A stretch of DNA of 64,000 bases from Sphaerodactylus townsendi (lineage: Eukaryota): positions 30,938,001 to 31,002,000 of the forward strand of contig NC_059440.1 in assembly GCF_021028975.2 (NCBI RefSeq), given 5' to 3'. Below, one piece after another: positions 26,186 to 39,795 of the stretch (positions are counted from its first letter, which is position 1; every line of letters starts with the position of its first letter). The position numbers and the translations under genes are program-made. Under the pieces are notes generated by a model. That model had not been told where the DNA came from, made no database searches, and was given only the letters and a program-made list of their open reading frames with translations.

Positions 26186-26450
26186 CAGTGGTGGCGAACC
26201 TATGGCACGGCACTCAGAGCCCTCTTTGTGGGCACGCACGCCATCACCCCAGTTTGGGCACTCGGCAGTGGCATAGTGTCAAGGGGGTAAGAGGTGCACA
26301 GTGGGATGCGTGACCCTGCGGGGGTGTGACGGGGGTGTTTCGGAGTATTCCAGGGCAGGGTGGGGGCATGCAGGGTGCACACGTGCCCTGGATGCAGTTT
26401 TCCCTTGCTCCGCCCCTGGCACTCGGTCTCTAAAAGGTTCGCCACCACTG
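26186..26450. mobile_element. hAT MITE containing a second nested hAT-like element (26266-26418)
   Basis: Outer TIR CAGTGGTGGCGAACCT, TSD GTCTAGGT/GTCCAGGT; inner CAGTGGCATAG...CTCCGCCCCTG with TSD GCACTCGG. Confidence 0.85.
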
Positions 26451-27050
26451 GTCCAGGTGGTGTAAAAGACATTGCAAAGCTCTTGAGCTAGTAACAAGAG
26501 TTACAGAGAGGAAGAACGCAATGAAAATATTTCTGGAGTGTTGCCTGGATGCAGAAGGTCTCGACTGGGGGCCAAGCTAGACTCAGCCCAGAGGCCCACT
26601 GATCAAATCCAGAATGTAAAATGAGAATTGCCTGACTGTAGTGGAGCAGGACAAAGGCAAGAGACCTCCTGTCTGTCCTCAGCGTCTGGTACTGGAAGCC
26701 AGACAGCCTCTGTCAATGATTTCCCACTCTTGTTTTATGACTCATGGCAGCTAGACTTATTTTCTGAAGACTATGCCCCTTTCGGAGCTGATATCACTCG
26801 CAGCCATCATTTTACAACATTTGGAATGTTCGCTGTGCATTCTGTGATTGTGTGACTTCTAGCAGTCATGAAATCGCTGTCAATTTCCTTTGATTATCCA
26901 AAGTTTCTCTATATGACCAGGAGGAGGATTATTTCTCCGCTCCTTTCTGCATTCAATGCAGGTCATCTCGTAATTCCCCTCCCCCCCATTCCTCCTTCCT
27001 TGTTTCTCTCCTCTCCGCCAATTCATAAGCCATAATTTTTTCCGCTTTCC

Positions 27051-27126
27051 CAATTGGCCATGCCATCAGGGGCTGATGGGAATTGTAGTCCATGAATGTC
27101 TGAAGCGCCGGAGTTGGACACCTCTG
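27051..27126. mobile_element. Half MITE (right arm only)
   Basis: CAATTGGCCATG...GATGGGAATTGTAGTCC...GAGTTGGACACCTCTG, same type as 55305-55442. Confidence 0.8.
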
Positions 27127-27153
27127 GATTAAGCCCCTCCTCTCTCCTTACAG

Positions 27154-27339
27154 TTCAAGAGGAAGTCCACCAGCGGCATCTCCTATTCCCTGTTTGCCTT
27201 GGTGATGCTCGGGAACACGTTCTACGGCACAAGCGTTTTGCTGAAAAACCCAGACCGAGGTCAGAGCGAAGGCAGCTACATCGTCCACCATCTCCCCTGG
27301 CTGATCGGCAGTTTAGGGGTTCTGTCTCTGGATATATTT
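27154..27339 (+). CDS. SLC66A1: SLC66A1 coding exon 6 (followed by a U12-type intron)
   Basis: FKRKSTSGISYSLFALVMLGNTFYGTSVLLKNPDRGQSEGSYIVHHLPWLIGSLGVLSLDIF; donor GTATCCTTT. Confidence 0.95.
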
Positions 27340-27705
27340 GTATCCTTTTTATTCTCCAGCTGGAGAGCAGCTTGGGAGTTTCACAGCTATCTCTCTGGTC
27401 TGCTCCGAAAGCAGAGGCAGAAATATCCGAGGAAAAGATATTCTGGCAGCGGAAGGACATACAGTCCTCCAAAATTGTCTCGCTCCTGTGGCTCTGAAAG
27501 CTATCAGTTCTTTCTTGGACTTGGTTTCCTTGCTTCTGAGGTCATTTCTCAAATGATTAGACCAGGCTGCCTTATTCGGGTAATTTAGCTAGTCAAGCAT
27601 GATCTCTTCTGACTGGTGGCATAATTCCAGGATCTCATGTAACAGAAGATCTGCCCCAGAACCTGGACTCTTCTGCCAACCTAGCTGTGGGCTTTCTTTA
27701 AAGAC

Positions 27706-28134
27706 CCAGTGTGGTCTAGTGCAGGGGTAGGGAACCTGCAGGGGTAGGGAACCAATTGGCCATGCTGACAGAGGCTGATGGGAATTGTAGTTCCTGAACA
27801 TCTGGAGAGCTGCAGGTTCCCTACCCCTGGTCTAGTGGTTAAGAGCAGGTGCACTTTAATCTGGAGAACAGAGTTTGATTCCCACTTGAGCTGTGGAGGC
27901 TTATCTGGTGAACCAGATTCACTTGTGCACTCCCAACATATGCCAGCTAGGTGACCTTGGGCTAGTCACAGTTCTTCAGAGTTTTCTCAGCCCTACCCAC
28001 CTCACAGGGTGTTTGTTGTGGGGGAGGGGGAAAGGGAAAGAAGATTGTAAGTCCCTTTGAGTCTCCTTACTGGAGAGAAAGGAGCCATATCAATCCAAAC
28101 TTCCTTCTTTTTCTGTTGCTGCTGCTGCTTCTTC
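27706..28134 (+). mobile_element. tRNA-derived squamate SINE interrupted by a MITE
   Basis: Head CAGTGTGGTCTAGTG/GTTAAGAGC, B-box-like GTTTGATTCCC, CORE-like GGTGACCTTGGGCTAGTCAC, CTT-rich tail. Confidence 0.8.
27722..27829. mobile_element. hAT MITE (left arm internally deleted) inserted in the SINE head
   Basis: CAGGGGTAGGGAACCT termini as at 316-463; TSD GTCTAGTG (27714-27721, 27830-27837). Confidence 0.88.
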
Positions 28135-28291
28135 GTTAAGGGCTTTCTCCACCTTTCTAGCTATGGCTTATGCCCCAAAACCATTGGTTTATGGAACATC
28201 CCTCTTCCACAGTTACTCCTTCCTACACCATGTTTTAGCACCAAAAGCATCTCTGCCAGTGACATGAATAGTCTTTAACTCTCCACTTCAG

Positions 28292-28390
28292 ATTTCGTTC
28301 CAATTCCTTGCCTATCGGCAGCAGACGCCTCCGGCTGTTGAAGAGAGAGATGCTCTCCTTGGCGCACAAGAGCAGCCTGAGGACAGCTGA
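28292..28390 (+). CDS. SLC66A1: SLC66A1 last coding exon
   Basis: ISFQFLAYRQQTPPAVEERDALLGAQEQPEDS*; ERDALL fits the [DE]xxxL[LI] lysosomal sorting motif; spliced CDS 921 nt = 306 aa. Confidence 0.93.
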   Translation: MSFQFLAYRQQTPPAVEERDALLGAQEQPEDS

Positions 28391-28845
28391 CGGATGCCGA
28401 CGGACAGAGGGGTGCAGCTAGCATCACTGTGGTGGAGAACCTGCCCAAAGGGACTTTGGACCTCCTGCTACTGGAGATGTCTGACCGGGTCTTCTCTCTT
28501 CCTGGAGCCAGGGGTCCAAAGAAGGCAGGTCTTCAGCATTTAACTCTTCATGGACCACTTTCTTATTTCTCCAAAAAACCAAAACCCCAACCACACAAGG
28601 TCTGAGCTGGACGCGGATCTCCATCCTCATCAAAATAGAAAAGGGAGGAATTATGGGGTGTTGGTCGTATATTTCAAGAAACACTCTGGAAGCACAAGAA
28701 GAATTCACCTCTGGTGCTAATGGTAGAAACTACCTCTTTGTGGATCTTTATCTTCACCACTCTTTGTTCAGACCAGGTTGTAAGGGACAGGAATCTGTTG
28801 GGAGTGCATGGGGCATTATTTCAGATACACAAGGGGAGGGGCGGA

Positions 28846-28851
28846 AATAAA
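28846..28851 (+). terminator. Candidate SLC66A1 polyadenylation signal AATAAA
   Basis: First AATAAA after the stop, followed by a U/GU-rich tract. Confidence 0.6.
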
Positions 28852-28912
28852 GCTCATATCCATCTCTCTGTGTAGACTGTTCATTCCTACCTCGGAGGAA
28901 CCCTCTGCATAT

Positions 28913-29098
28913 TAGGGTGTTGTAGGTTTTCCGGGCTGTATGGCTGTGTTCCAGTAGCATTTTCTCTGGACGTTTCACCTGCAGCGGGCGAAAGGATGCA
29001 GGTGAAACGTCAGGAGAAAACGCTACTGGAACACGGCCATACGGCCCGGAAAACCCACAACACCCTAGCAATTCCAGCCGTGAAAGCCTTCAACAATA
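28913..29098 (+). mobile_element. Penelope-like fold-back insertion
   Basis: About 70-bp inverted arms (28913-29067), CCGTGAAAGCCTTCAACAATAC end, flanking repeat CCTCT(G/C)CATATT. Confidence 0.75.
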
Positions 29099-29951
29099 CC
29101 TCTCCATATTTTTAGAGATGTTTCTGATTGTGTGGGCTTGGGGAGAAGGGGTTGACTTATGCCTACGGATGTTTATCTTTGCAGAGCTTAATCCAGAATC
29201 CCACTTCCAGCTGAGCACAAGCAGGGACTGTAAGCAAAAACTTTCTTTGGTCTTCATGGCCGGTGTTCCAGGGTAAACTGCTCCTATCGGGCAAGCGTAC
29301 GCTCAGATGGGCCACCCCTGAACTTCATGGATCAGTTTGCTGTTTCTCAATCCATCTGGGCACCTTGCAGTTCGCATTTGGCACTCACAGTGGTGGTATG
29401 AAGTGCTACCAAGTCACAGCCAGCTTACAGAGACCCTGCTGGGGGCTCAAGGCACAATAGGTTTAGAGGTCATTTCCGTAGCAACCCTGGACTTGCTTCG
29501 GGGTGTTGCGTCCAAATGCTAACTAGGACTACCCTGCTGAGGTTCTGGGATATGACAAGAATAACCACTCCGGGTTGGCATGGAACACAAAGCTGCAAAT
29601 TATAAAATGTACTTCCTAAGCAAGAGGTGTTTTGCAAGCATTCCAAGGGTCGAGTGATGTAGTATATAGCCCAAGCGCATGTTGAGTGAACCATCTGGTG
29701 GTATGTTAATATCATGGCTACTTAGTGGTCTATCTGGCTACAGAGGTTGACCAGCAAGGATGATCTCTGCCTTCCTCATGCAGGCACGGCCTTGGCCGCC
29801 CTTGGAAACCGCCATAACTAACCTATGGGGCGGAGGGGACTGATGACTGCACAATGGCCTGTACCTCATTTCTCCACACAAGTTGGCAGAAGTCCTTCAA
29901 AGCAAAAAGCAGAGCAGAAAATAAATTAAAACTTGTGCCAAATAACAGATC

Positions 29952-29999
29952 ACAAGAGGTGAGCGAGTCCGTCATACAAGAGGTGAGCGAGTCCGTCAT
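29952..29999. repeat. Perfect 24-bp tandem duplication
   Basis: ACAAGAGGTGAGCGAGTCCGTCAT x2. Confidence 0.9.
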
Positions 30000-30080
30000 A
30001 CAACCATCACCAACGACAACAAAACAACCAGGGAGAGGGAAGAACTGGGGAAGTTCCAGGAATATTTTTTTTTTGTGCAA

Positions 30081-30086
30081 TTTATT
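30081..30086 (-). terminator. Candidate distal CAPZB polyadenylation signal (a proximal one lies at 30569-30574)
   Basis: TTTATT on + strand at both positions, downstream of the CAPZB stop. Confidence 0.6.
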
Positions 30087-30751
30087 CTTTTTAGTATGGA
30101 GACTCAATAATAAGATGTAGGTTCAAGTTCAAGCATTACAAATAAAAAATAACCCCTCTATTGCATTCCATAGAAACCACCCCGCCTTCCCACCCCTATT
30201 TCAAAGAGCAGGGCTATCGCGACGGGTCAAAGGCAGCCCTCGGTTTCCCCCTCCGTTCGGCTGACCCAGCTGTCCCCACACATACACGGAACAAGTTCTC
30301 CAGGGGTCGGTCTTGTCCTCTTTCACGCACCACAGTATTTAATAGAGTTTCTCTTTTTTTTTTGCTTGTTTTACATTTTTTACACCAATGTAACAAAAGA
30401 TGGGAGAGGAGGCAGCATACGGGGGCAGAGAGAAAGACGGAGCGCACGGGAGGGAGGGAGGGGGGCCAAAAAATCATGTGATTTCTTCACAGAAATGCAT
30501 CCCGAGTTTCTGATAATAAAAATGTGCTGCAAATTAAGCCGCGAGAGACTGGAAAAAGTTTATACAGCTTTATTGGTGGGGAGGGGGAGGTGGCGCTCGC
30601 AGTTGGAAGAGCATCGGATGCAGGACATGATGTGACAAAAAATGATATGGGGGGGGCAGAGGGTGCGAGAAAAAAATGTTTTCTAGGGAAAGGGAACCTA
30701 ACGAGTGCATTATGGCGTCTCCCGTCAGCATGGCCACCCCAGGACGAGCTT

Positions 30752-31145
<394 letters not shown>

Positions 31146-32208
31146 CTGAACACTACAATGGCAGCCAAAAGGGGGTGTACAGATGCAGGATTCGTGGGTA
31201 CAACTTAAACAGGCAAGAAAGAGAGAATTCCTCTCCTTCCACTTATGTAACTGCCACCTTTCTTCCAACTTCAGGGAGCAGAGAGTTGGAACTATATGGG
31301 GGGGGGGGGGGGGAGAAGAATACCACCACTGCCATTTCAAGGGAAGTTAAAAGGATCCTATATTTTCACGCTGCTGCTGGCCAAAGTTCGGCACTCCCAC
31401 TGTGCTCTGGAGCAAGAACGGCCCAATGAAGAAGGTGCCGAGGTACAGCAGGGGCCAGCTGGCTCCTGGCTCAGCAGTAGAGCCTCTGTTGGCATGCAGA
31501 AGGTCTCAGGTTCAATCCCAGGTACCTCCAGTTGGAAAGAGTAGCGAGCAGCAGACGTACAGAACTTTTATCTGCCTAGAATCCTGGAGGGCCTCATCTA
31601 TGCTGAACAAACCGGACTGGCTGTGATTGGCCAATCACCCGACACGGCACAAGGCTGCTTCGTGTTTGCGCATAGACACAGGAAGTGACTGGCATCCCAG
31701 CCCTTGCCAAGTGGGCCAGTGCAGCTTGTTTGGGGCAACAGAATGCTTCACCTGGATCCAGAGGGGCCTCCAATCCAGTCTTCGCCTCCAAGTCTCTCCA
31801 GTCCTACCTGCGGCCATTTCCATTCTCAGCCCTCACAAGACTTACAGGCAGGAAGGCATTTTTTAAACACAATTTTCCCTCAGGGTTTTCCCCCACCCCT
31901 CAACCACACAAGCTGGATTTCTGTCCCTCTTCAGGCCACCGCATCTAAAGAAGAGGTCAGTCAGTTAGGATTTAGAGTCGTGAGTGTATGGTTAAACTAA
32001 CTCCCGGTTAGCTGTGGGCATGCAGCCTGAGTTATGACAACCCAAGCGAACTACCTCTGGGGGTGGGGGGGTGGGGGGGTGTGATTTAGGGTGAACAGCT
32101 GTGCCACAGCACATCTGGCTCCCTGTCTAGTGGTGACTGCTCCAGACCCTCTGGGAATCCTACCACCAGCAAAATTTTCTGCTTAATCGCTCAGGAACAC
32201 AGGAAAGG

Positions 32209-32505
32209 GAAGAAGAGGATTTTGGATCTATACCCCGCTTTTCTCAACCATAAAGATCTCAAAAGCAGCTTACAAACATCTTCCTTTCCTCTCCTCACAA
32301 CAGACACCTTGTGAGGTAGGTGGGTCTGAGAGGATTCAGAGAGAACTGTGACTGCCCCAAGGTCACCCAGCAGGCTTCATGTGCGGGAGCAGGGAAACAA
32401 ATCCAGTTCACCAGGTAGAGTCCACCGCTCATGTGGAGAAGTGGGAAATCAAACCCAATTCTCCAGATTAGAGTCACTGCTCTTAACCACGGCACCACAC
32501 TGGCT
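32209..32505 (-). mobile_element. tRNA-derived squamate SINE
   Basis: Colinear with 5279-5575 (CCTCACAAC...TGTGAGGTAGGTGGG...CCCAAGGTCACCCAG...CTCCAGATTAGA...CTCTTAACC). Confidence 0.8.
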
Positions 32506-33313
32506 CTCAACAGACACAAGCGGTCTTGATGTTTGGTCTATCAATGGGGGGCTCAAGAGGCCAAATACAAGCTCTGCTCCCATCAAGACCCCCTCCCGAC
32601 CAGTCCCAAACTCCGCTACCTTCAGACTTTTGATACGTAACTTTCAACTGTGCAGAAAAGCCACAGAATCCAGCTCCCTCAGCAACAACCACTATTAAAA
32701 AAATAGCAAGTTTCCAGCCTCTTGCACCTGCCATGGCATCTTTGGGAACATACGTTGGCAACACCCCATGATGCCTCAAACGGCAGAAGGGGAGACCAAT
32801 CAGAAAACTGAGGGGAAGGGGCTACAATCTCTCTTCCCTTCCACATTTTAGAAGACACAGTTGAGCAAAATGGGAGCAGCCAACCAAGCGTGCCTGTTTC
32901 TGCACACCTGAAGTTTTCACGGCTATATAAGCTTGCCTTTTCGGAGAATTGAGATCCCAGAAGCACCTACACAGAGCTGTGAGTTTTAGATGACAGCCTC
33001 CCCATGCTATTTTCATGACCCCCTCCCCGCCTCCATGCTCAAACAAATCCACACAGCACACTGCACACACGTTTCAGAGGCCAAGACCTTCACATGGGAT
33101 CAATTAAGTGTATGAAGAATGAAATACCCCTGACTTTGGGGGTGGGGGAAACTAGCCAATAGGCCGCCCGAGTTAAGAGTTAGTTTGTGAGAACGCAGCC
33201 GGCATGCTCAGGTCAAGGCTGCTTTCCCCTCGACCAAGTTAAGGTTGTTTTAGTGCCGAGTGGGGTACCTTGCAGGCTAGTTGGGAGGCGAGGGGGCGGG
33301 TACCTGGGCCGGC

Positions 33314-33478
<165 letters not shown>

Positions 33479-34177
33479 TCAGAGAAGCCGAGTGCGAGAG
33501 ACACCTCAGCAAACCGCCGGGAGCCACCCAAGGAAAGAAGAAACAGCAGGCAGAGAAAAACAGGGGGAAGCAGGGCTGAACTTGTCTTATTTTACGAAGT
33601 GACACGTAGCAGCCCCGTTGAACGAGAGGTACTTTGCCATGACGTACGTCTCATTTCAGAGTAGATCAAGAAAATAAAGTTCATGGGATGTGGGTGGCAA
33701 GGAAGGGCTAACATCAGGGTAGCCAGCCACCCCGCCCCTCGGAGCTGTTCCTCCGGCACTCAGTGGCATCCTTCACATAACGCTTTTTGGGATCAGACTT
33801 CCAAAGGGAGGGGGAAGGAGGGGTGCCTGGATTTCCCAATTGTTCACTTGCTCTCCAGCCGTACACTTGACTCCTTGGGAATTCATGGGTACGAGGGGGT
33901 GTTTTAATATCTGCTGCCAGATATAGGCCATGGTGGGTCTCTGTTTTGTGGTCTCGTTGACGGCATTTGGATGCCCTGCATTTTTCGCCTTGGGTTGAAA
34001 AGGTGAAATTCACTGGGAAAAAAATGAAAGCCACCCAAAGCTTCCCAGCCCCTCCGTGCATTTCCCACCGGCCGGTCAAGATGTTTTCGATTTGGAAGAC
34101 GATAAACAGATCACGCCGATGCCAGAATTGGACCACCCAAACCGTGTGGTCAACTTATTTAGCAGGAGTTACAAGTT

Positions 34178-34247
34178 GGTGATGGGCCATCCCCGCAGGT
34201 GCATTCCTAAAAGGTGATGGGCTATCCCCGCAGGTGCATTCATAAAA
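34178..34247. repeat. 35-bp tandem duplication
   Basis: GGTGATGGGCYATCCCCGCAGGTGCATTCMTAAAA x2, 2 mismatches. Confidence 0.85.
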
Positions 34248-34341
34248 GGGTGCTCTAGGCAAGGAATGCTGGAGAAACAGGACGCCTCACGGGGTGTGGA
34301 GGGGGGGGGGGATAGCCTTAAGGGGGCAGTCCATTCATTAC

Positions 34342-34418
34342 CTCAACCCATTGACGATGTCCTTTGTTTTTCCAAAATAGATCTCATTCAGCGTACTTCT
34401 GATTTTGTTTTCCATATC
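34342..34418 (-). CDS. CAPZB: CAPZB exon 8
   Basis: DMENKIRSTLNEIYFGKTKDIVNGL(R); 77 nt. Confidence 0.96.
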
Positions 34419-34777
34419 CTAGACAGAAAAAAGAGAGAGAAAGAGAGGTCAATTCAAAACCTTGGTTCCCACCTGTCCCAGCTTGTTGGGCAGGGGACCG
34501 ACTGGGGTATCCCACCCTGCCCTTGAAGCTGAATGAGGGCCACACAGGACTATGGAGTTAGTGGGTGGATAAATGCAGGTAAGCAAGGTCTGAGGAGGAG
34601 GGAGACTGCTCTGGGTGGCCAAGGGACCGAAGCCCCAGGCATGCCAGTGGCTGTCAACTGGGCAAAGGGCAGCACAGAAATTGGGGAAAATTTTGAATCG
34701 AGCCTTCTGCACAAGAAGCTGGAAGGTGCAGAGCAAGCTTGGGAGAACTGGCCCAGGGAGCTCACAATCCTCTAGGC

Positions 34778-34923
34778 CCGTGGTGGTGAACCTTTGGCAC
34801 TCCAGATGCTATGGACTACAATTCCCATCAGCCCCTGCCAGCAAGGCCAATTGGCCATGCTGGTAGAGGCTGATGGGAATTGTAGTCCATAACATCTGGA
34901 GTGCCAAAGGTTCGCCACCACTG
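34778..34923. mobile_element. Palindromic hAT MITE
   Basis: C(C)GTGGTGG(T)GAACCT...AGGTTCGCCACCACTG; TSD CTCTAGG(C/A). Confidence 0.88.
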
Positions 34924-35019
34924 CTCTAGGAGGAGCAAAAGACTTGCAGCCAAGTCCAAGAATTAAGTGTACAGGTGGGAGTTTCTTGTCTCTACCACAA
35001 GAGGACAGCATACACCCAT

Positions 35020-35021
<2 letters not shown>

Positions 35022-35068
<47 letters not shown>
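35022..35068. repeat. (AC)n microsatellite
   Basis: Direct inspection. Confidence 0.95.
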
Positions 35069-35070
<2 letters not shown>

Positions 35071-35089
35071 AGCAAAAGCCAAACAGCCT

Positions 35090-35229
35090 CGCAGAGTGAT
35101 GGAGTTTCCTCCTTTGGACTTTAAACAGAGGCTGGATCGACATCTGTCGGGAGGGCTTCGATTGTGTGTTCCTGCAAGGCAGGGGGTTGGACTGGATGGC
35201 CCTGGTGGTATTTTCCAACTCTATGATTT
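35090..35229 (+). mobile_element. CR1 LINE 3' tail fragment
   Basis: AGAGGCTGGAT..CATCTGTC..GGGGGTTGGACTGGATGGCCC..TTCCAACTCTATGATT; matches the end of 52563-53058. Confidence 0.8.
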
Positions 35230-35422
35230 CCCTAAGACAGTCCTGAAGGGTTCTCTCCTTCACAAAGCTGAATCTCGCTTCCCTCCAACGGGCTTCACGC
35301 TTTAAACGACTCCGCAGCTTGTGAGGCTTTGTGTTTGGGGTTCCCCCGGGGGCCTTGCAGGGCATCTGCTGGCCAGAGAAGGAAAGACTGGCCGTTTGCT
35401 CCAGAACACCCACATGTTCTCA

Positions 35423-35605
<183 letters not shown>

Positions 35606-35793
35606 TCAACAAAACTGGAGGGGGAAGCAGCATGGGACACAGCTCCCCAACTGATGCTGGTCAGCCATTTCCACAGATATGCCCCCAACGAGCTGTGAGC
35701 ATGCCACCTGAGATCCCCGTGGGCAGGCAGGCAGAGAGAGAGAGGGCTGCAGGGGGCCACACCACAAAAGGCCGTGCGTGCCTCACAACATCA

Positions 35794-36147
<354 letters not shown>

Positions 36148-36599
36148 TCAGAGGATGGCGGAGACAGACTCCAGGTGGCCTTTTTTTATTGCCGTTTTTG
36201 CATGGAGAACGTTTTTATACGTTTCTGCAGCGGGCTTCACACCTGTATTTGTTAGTCGCCTCGAGTCGCCATCTCATGGCAGGGAAGGAAAGGCATTTAA
36301 GAGTGCTGCCGCTCCAGAGTTTGGGGGGGGGGGTCCTTTCATGCCCCACCAGGGCTGGGCACAGCTCCCCCGAAGGACGAGCACCACACACACATCCAGA
36401 GCCCCCCACACACCCCCTTCCCCACCACAGCACTGCCTTGTTTTTACTACCTAATTAGGCAGATGGATCTGCAGGATGGAAATTAGAAAATGCCGCCTTG
36501 GACCCCCAGCAGAAAAGACCATAATTTTCAGGCCTTTGGGGAACTTTTCGGTTTAACTGTTCTGATTTATCTTTTTCCGAAGTTCTCCAAGGAGCTTTA

Positions 36600-37010
<411 letters not shown>

Positions 37011-39795
37011 TTAACACTTCTCTAACTGTATCTGCCACCACCACCCCCGCCCCCCAGCAAAATAAGCATTGAACAGCAGTGTTGCAGAAACACACTGTGT
37101 GATTCTGAGCAGGGAAGTCCCCTTCCCAGTAACTCTTGTCTCTTTTTTCTTTCAAAAGAGAGAAATATTTCTGTTCTTCACAGGCCAAAGATGTGGTTTC
37201 CAGGTATAGTGGCTGCTGAAGCAGAAGGGGTGTGTGTGCTTAGTTCCCAAACGGCCTGGGCACTCATTAGAGAAAAGGACGCTTACAATAATTCCCCAGT
37301 TCTGACCACAAGAAAGTCGTCCGACACCCTCACTCTCCGCCAAGACAACCAGGGTCCTGTTCTTCTGAACTTTTGTAGCCCACCTTCTGCTGAATCAACT
37401 TTGTTAGGACACTCTGTTTTGGGTTCCTTTTTTTAACTTTGGGTGTTTGCACTGCTTTGCCTTGACCCCATTTGTGGGAATATAGGGGTTTTTGATCAAA
37501 TATCGTAACATTCAACAGGTCTGTCATATTCCACTAGCTGCTGACTTAATGGATTTGAATGACACATTTAACGTTTCACTGTATTTCAACCACAAACCAC
37601 TTTTCAAAACTTCATAGGAAAGGGGGCACGCACACTTTCCCCCCCAAACTACATTCTGTACGATGAACACAGGTTCTGGAATGTAGCTTTTTTGGACGGC
37701 ACGGGTGCAGCATTAAGCCATTTCAACCTGGGGCAACCAGGTAGTCTTGGCTATTTTAGAGGCCTGCTTCTGAAACCTCACCCTGTTCCGGTGACGGGCA
37801 GTTCCTTTGCATCCTGAAATGCAACCCTGAGAGTCAGGAATGTGCAAGGACCTTTCTCGGCCTGAGTTGCTGCTGGTCAAAGACAATAATGCTGACCTGG
37901 GCTCAGTATAAAGCGGCTTCCCATGTCTGCTGCATCGTCGTTGGGGGGTGGGGGGAGGGAGGGAGGGAGAGTCAGGTTAAGATGGCCACCATGTTTGGCT
38001 CAGGGCTGCTGACACCAGAGACCCGGTCAGGTCTCGTCAACTTCTTTTCAGAAAATGCTTTTGGCTTAAAACTCACACACACACACCCCAGGTTAAGCAA
38101 GGAAAAGCAGAAGAAAGCTGCAACCTGAAAGCACATCTGAAAAAAGTTGTCCCAAGAAAACTCCCTCCACACTGGCTGCAGCGTTCCACGTCGAAAGTTG
38201 CACAACCCCACCGACTCCCATTCATGGCAACAAGCTGTTAAAAGAGCCCACTCGAAATCTGGCTGAAACCTAAAACTGTGTTTTATAGCTCAGTTGCTCC
38301 CAAGCTCCCCTTCCCTCACCGCGGCTACAGAGCGAGCGAGGCTGGCGGACCCGTTCTTTTTTGCCGTTTCCAGAGAAGTTGCCTAATTAAGACTAAAGGG
38401 AACAGAGGTGCAGAGCTGGTCCAGCCCTCTTCCTCCTGTGAAGACGTGATATTTTGATTTATTGCAGGCTGCGAACCAGCCGAAAGCCCCAAGTTTGCAG
38501 AAATGGAGTCCCACGCCTGGGCTTAAATGTTCCTGCACCTGGCAGCCTGCTTCAGCATTAACGTGCGCCGGACCGAGAGCAAGCTCCAACTGCAAAACGG
38601 CGTTTTCCCCGGGGGCTGCAAAGCACACTCTTTGTAAGGCTGCGTAGCAGACAGCGCTGCTCCCACACCTGCTCTTCTGCTGACCTAGTTTACACCGCGG
38701 CCACAAGTTCTTTCTCCCTCTCTTTCACACACACATATGTACGCGCACAAACACTACCCCAAAAATGCTGACACACGAGGCTGTGGTGCGTCTGGCTTGC
38801 AGAAAGCAGAGCAGCTCTGGCACATGCTGGAGCCCTCGTGAAACTTGATTTGCACCAGTCTCCGTTCATTAACGGCGGTGGGGGGGGGAGGAAGGAGGGT
38901 GAGGACAAAACAGCTGCTGCGATTGATCCCACACAATCTGAAGCAACTCTTAAGGGAAGGCCCATCATGAACAGATCAGTGAATGCGTCACCTTCCTTGT
39001 GTCTCCGGGCCGTGTGTGTATGTATGTGTGTGTGTGTATCTGTGCATGCGCGCTTGAGCACAGTGGAATGTTTTGACAGCCCCCTCAAGAAACACCCGCT
39101 GAGCTTCAAGTTTAGACCTGGAAACATAATCCCAGGCCCAGAGATTCCCTGGATGCCTGCAGACTCAGCACAGTCAACTCTCCTGCAAGCCTTTTTCTGC
39201 CCTGGATCTTTCAAACTTAGGTCACACATGGAGCTGAGCCCCTCACCTTGGATCCCCGTCACCGGAGAGGCGCTAGCGGGTCCCTTCCAACATGCAACTC
39301 CTAAGCACTCACCGGGAGGAACTGCAGGGCCCAGATCCTCCCACATGCGGCTCTCAGGGGTCAGGGAGTGCTCCCTGAAAAGCACTGGGGCTGCTGCTGT
39401 AAATGCTTTAAGCGCTAAGGGTAAAATCTGAAAGCTCTAATCTTAAAATCAAGAACGTCACTCCTTTCTTCAGAACCTAAAATCAAGCAAATGCCAGCTA
39501 GGAGAAGAGTTTCACATCACCCACCGCCAGATCTTTTAACCGGACATGCCGGGGGTTGAACCCGGGACCTTCTGAATTCCTAGCACAGGTTCTGCCATTG
39601 AGCCATAGCCCCTCCCATTCCATGAGTGGCTCACAGACTGAGGCAGACAGCAGCACGCTTCAAGAAACAACCAACAGGCTCCTGCAGTCTGGAGCCCCCA
39701 CCCTCAGGAGACTGCACGCCGCATCTCTGCGTAAGTCACTGTTCTGCCCTCACTTCCTCGGAAAGGAGGTGGGAGGTTCCATTCTCTCTCTCTAA

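Noticed and set aside
31460-31545. tRNA-like sequence (GGCTCAG..GTAGAGC...GGTTCAATCCC); similar reverse copy near 39520-39610
   Set aside because: Stems do not pair into a full cloverleaf; best read as degenerate tRNA-derived SINE heads, not tRNA genes
38690-39431. Long overlapping ORFs (231 aa on -, 197 aa on +) in CAPZB intron 4
   Set aside because: They run through (TG)n and poly-G sequence, show no recognisable domain and have no convincing splice structure; likely chance ORFs in GC-rich DNA
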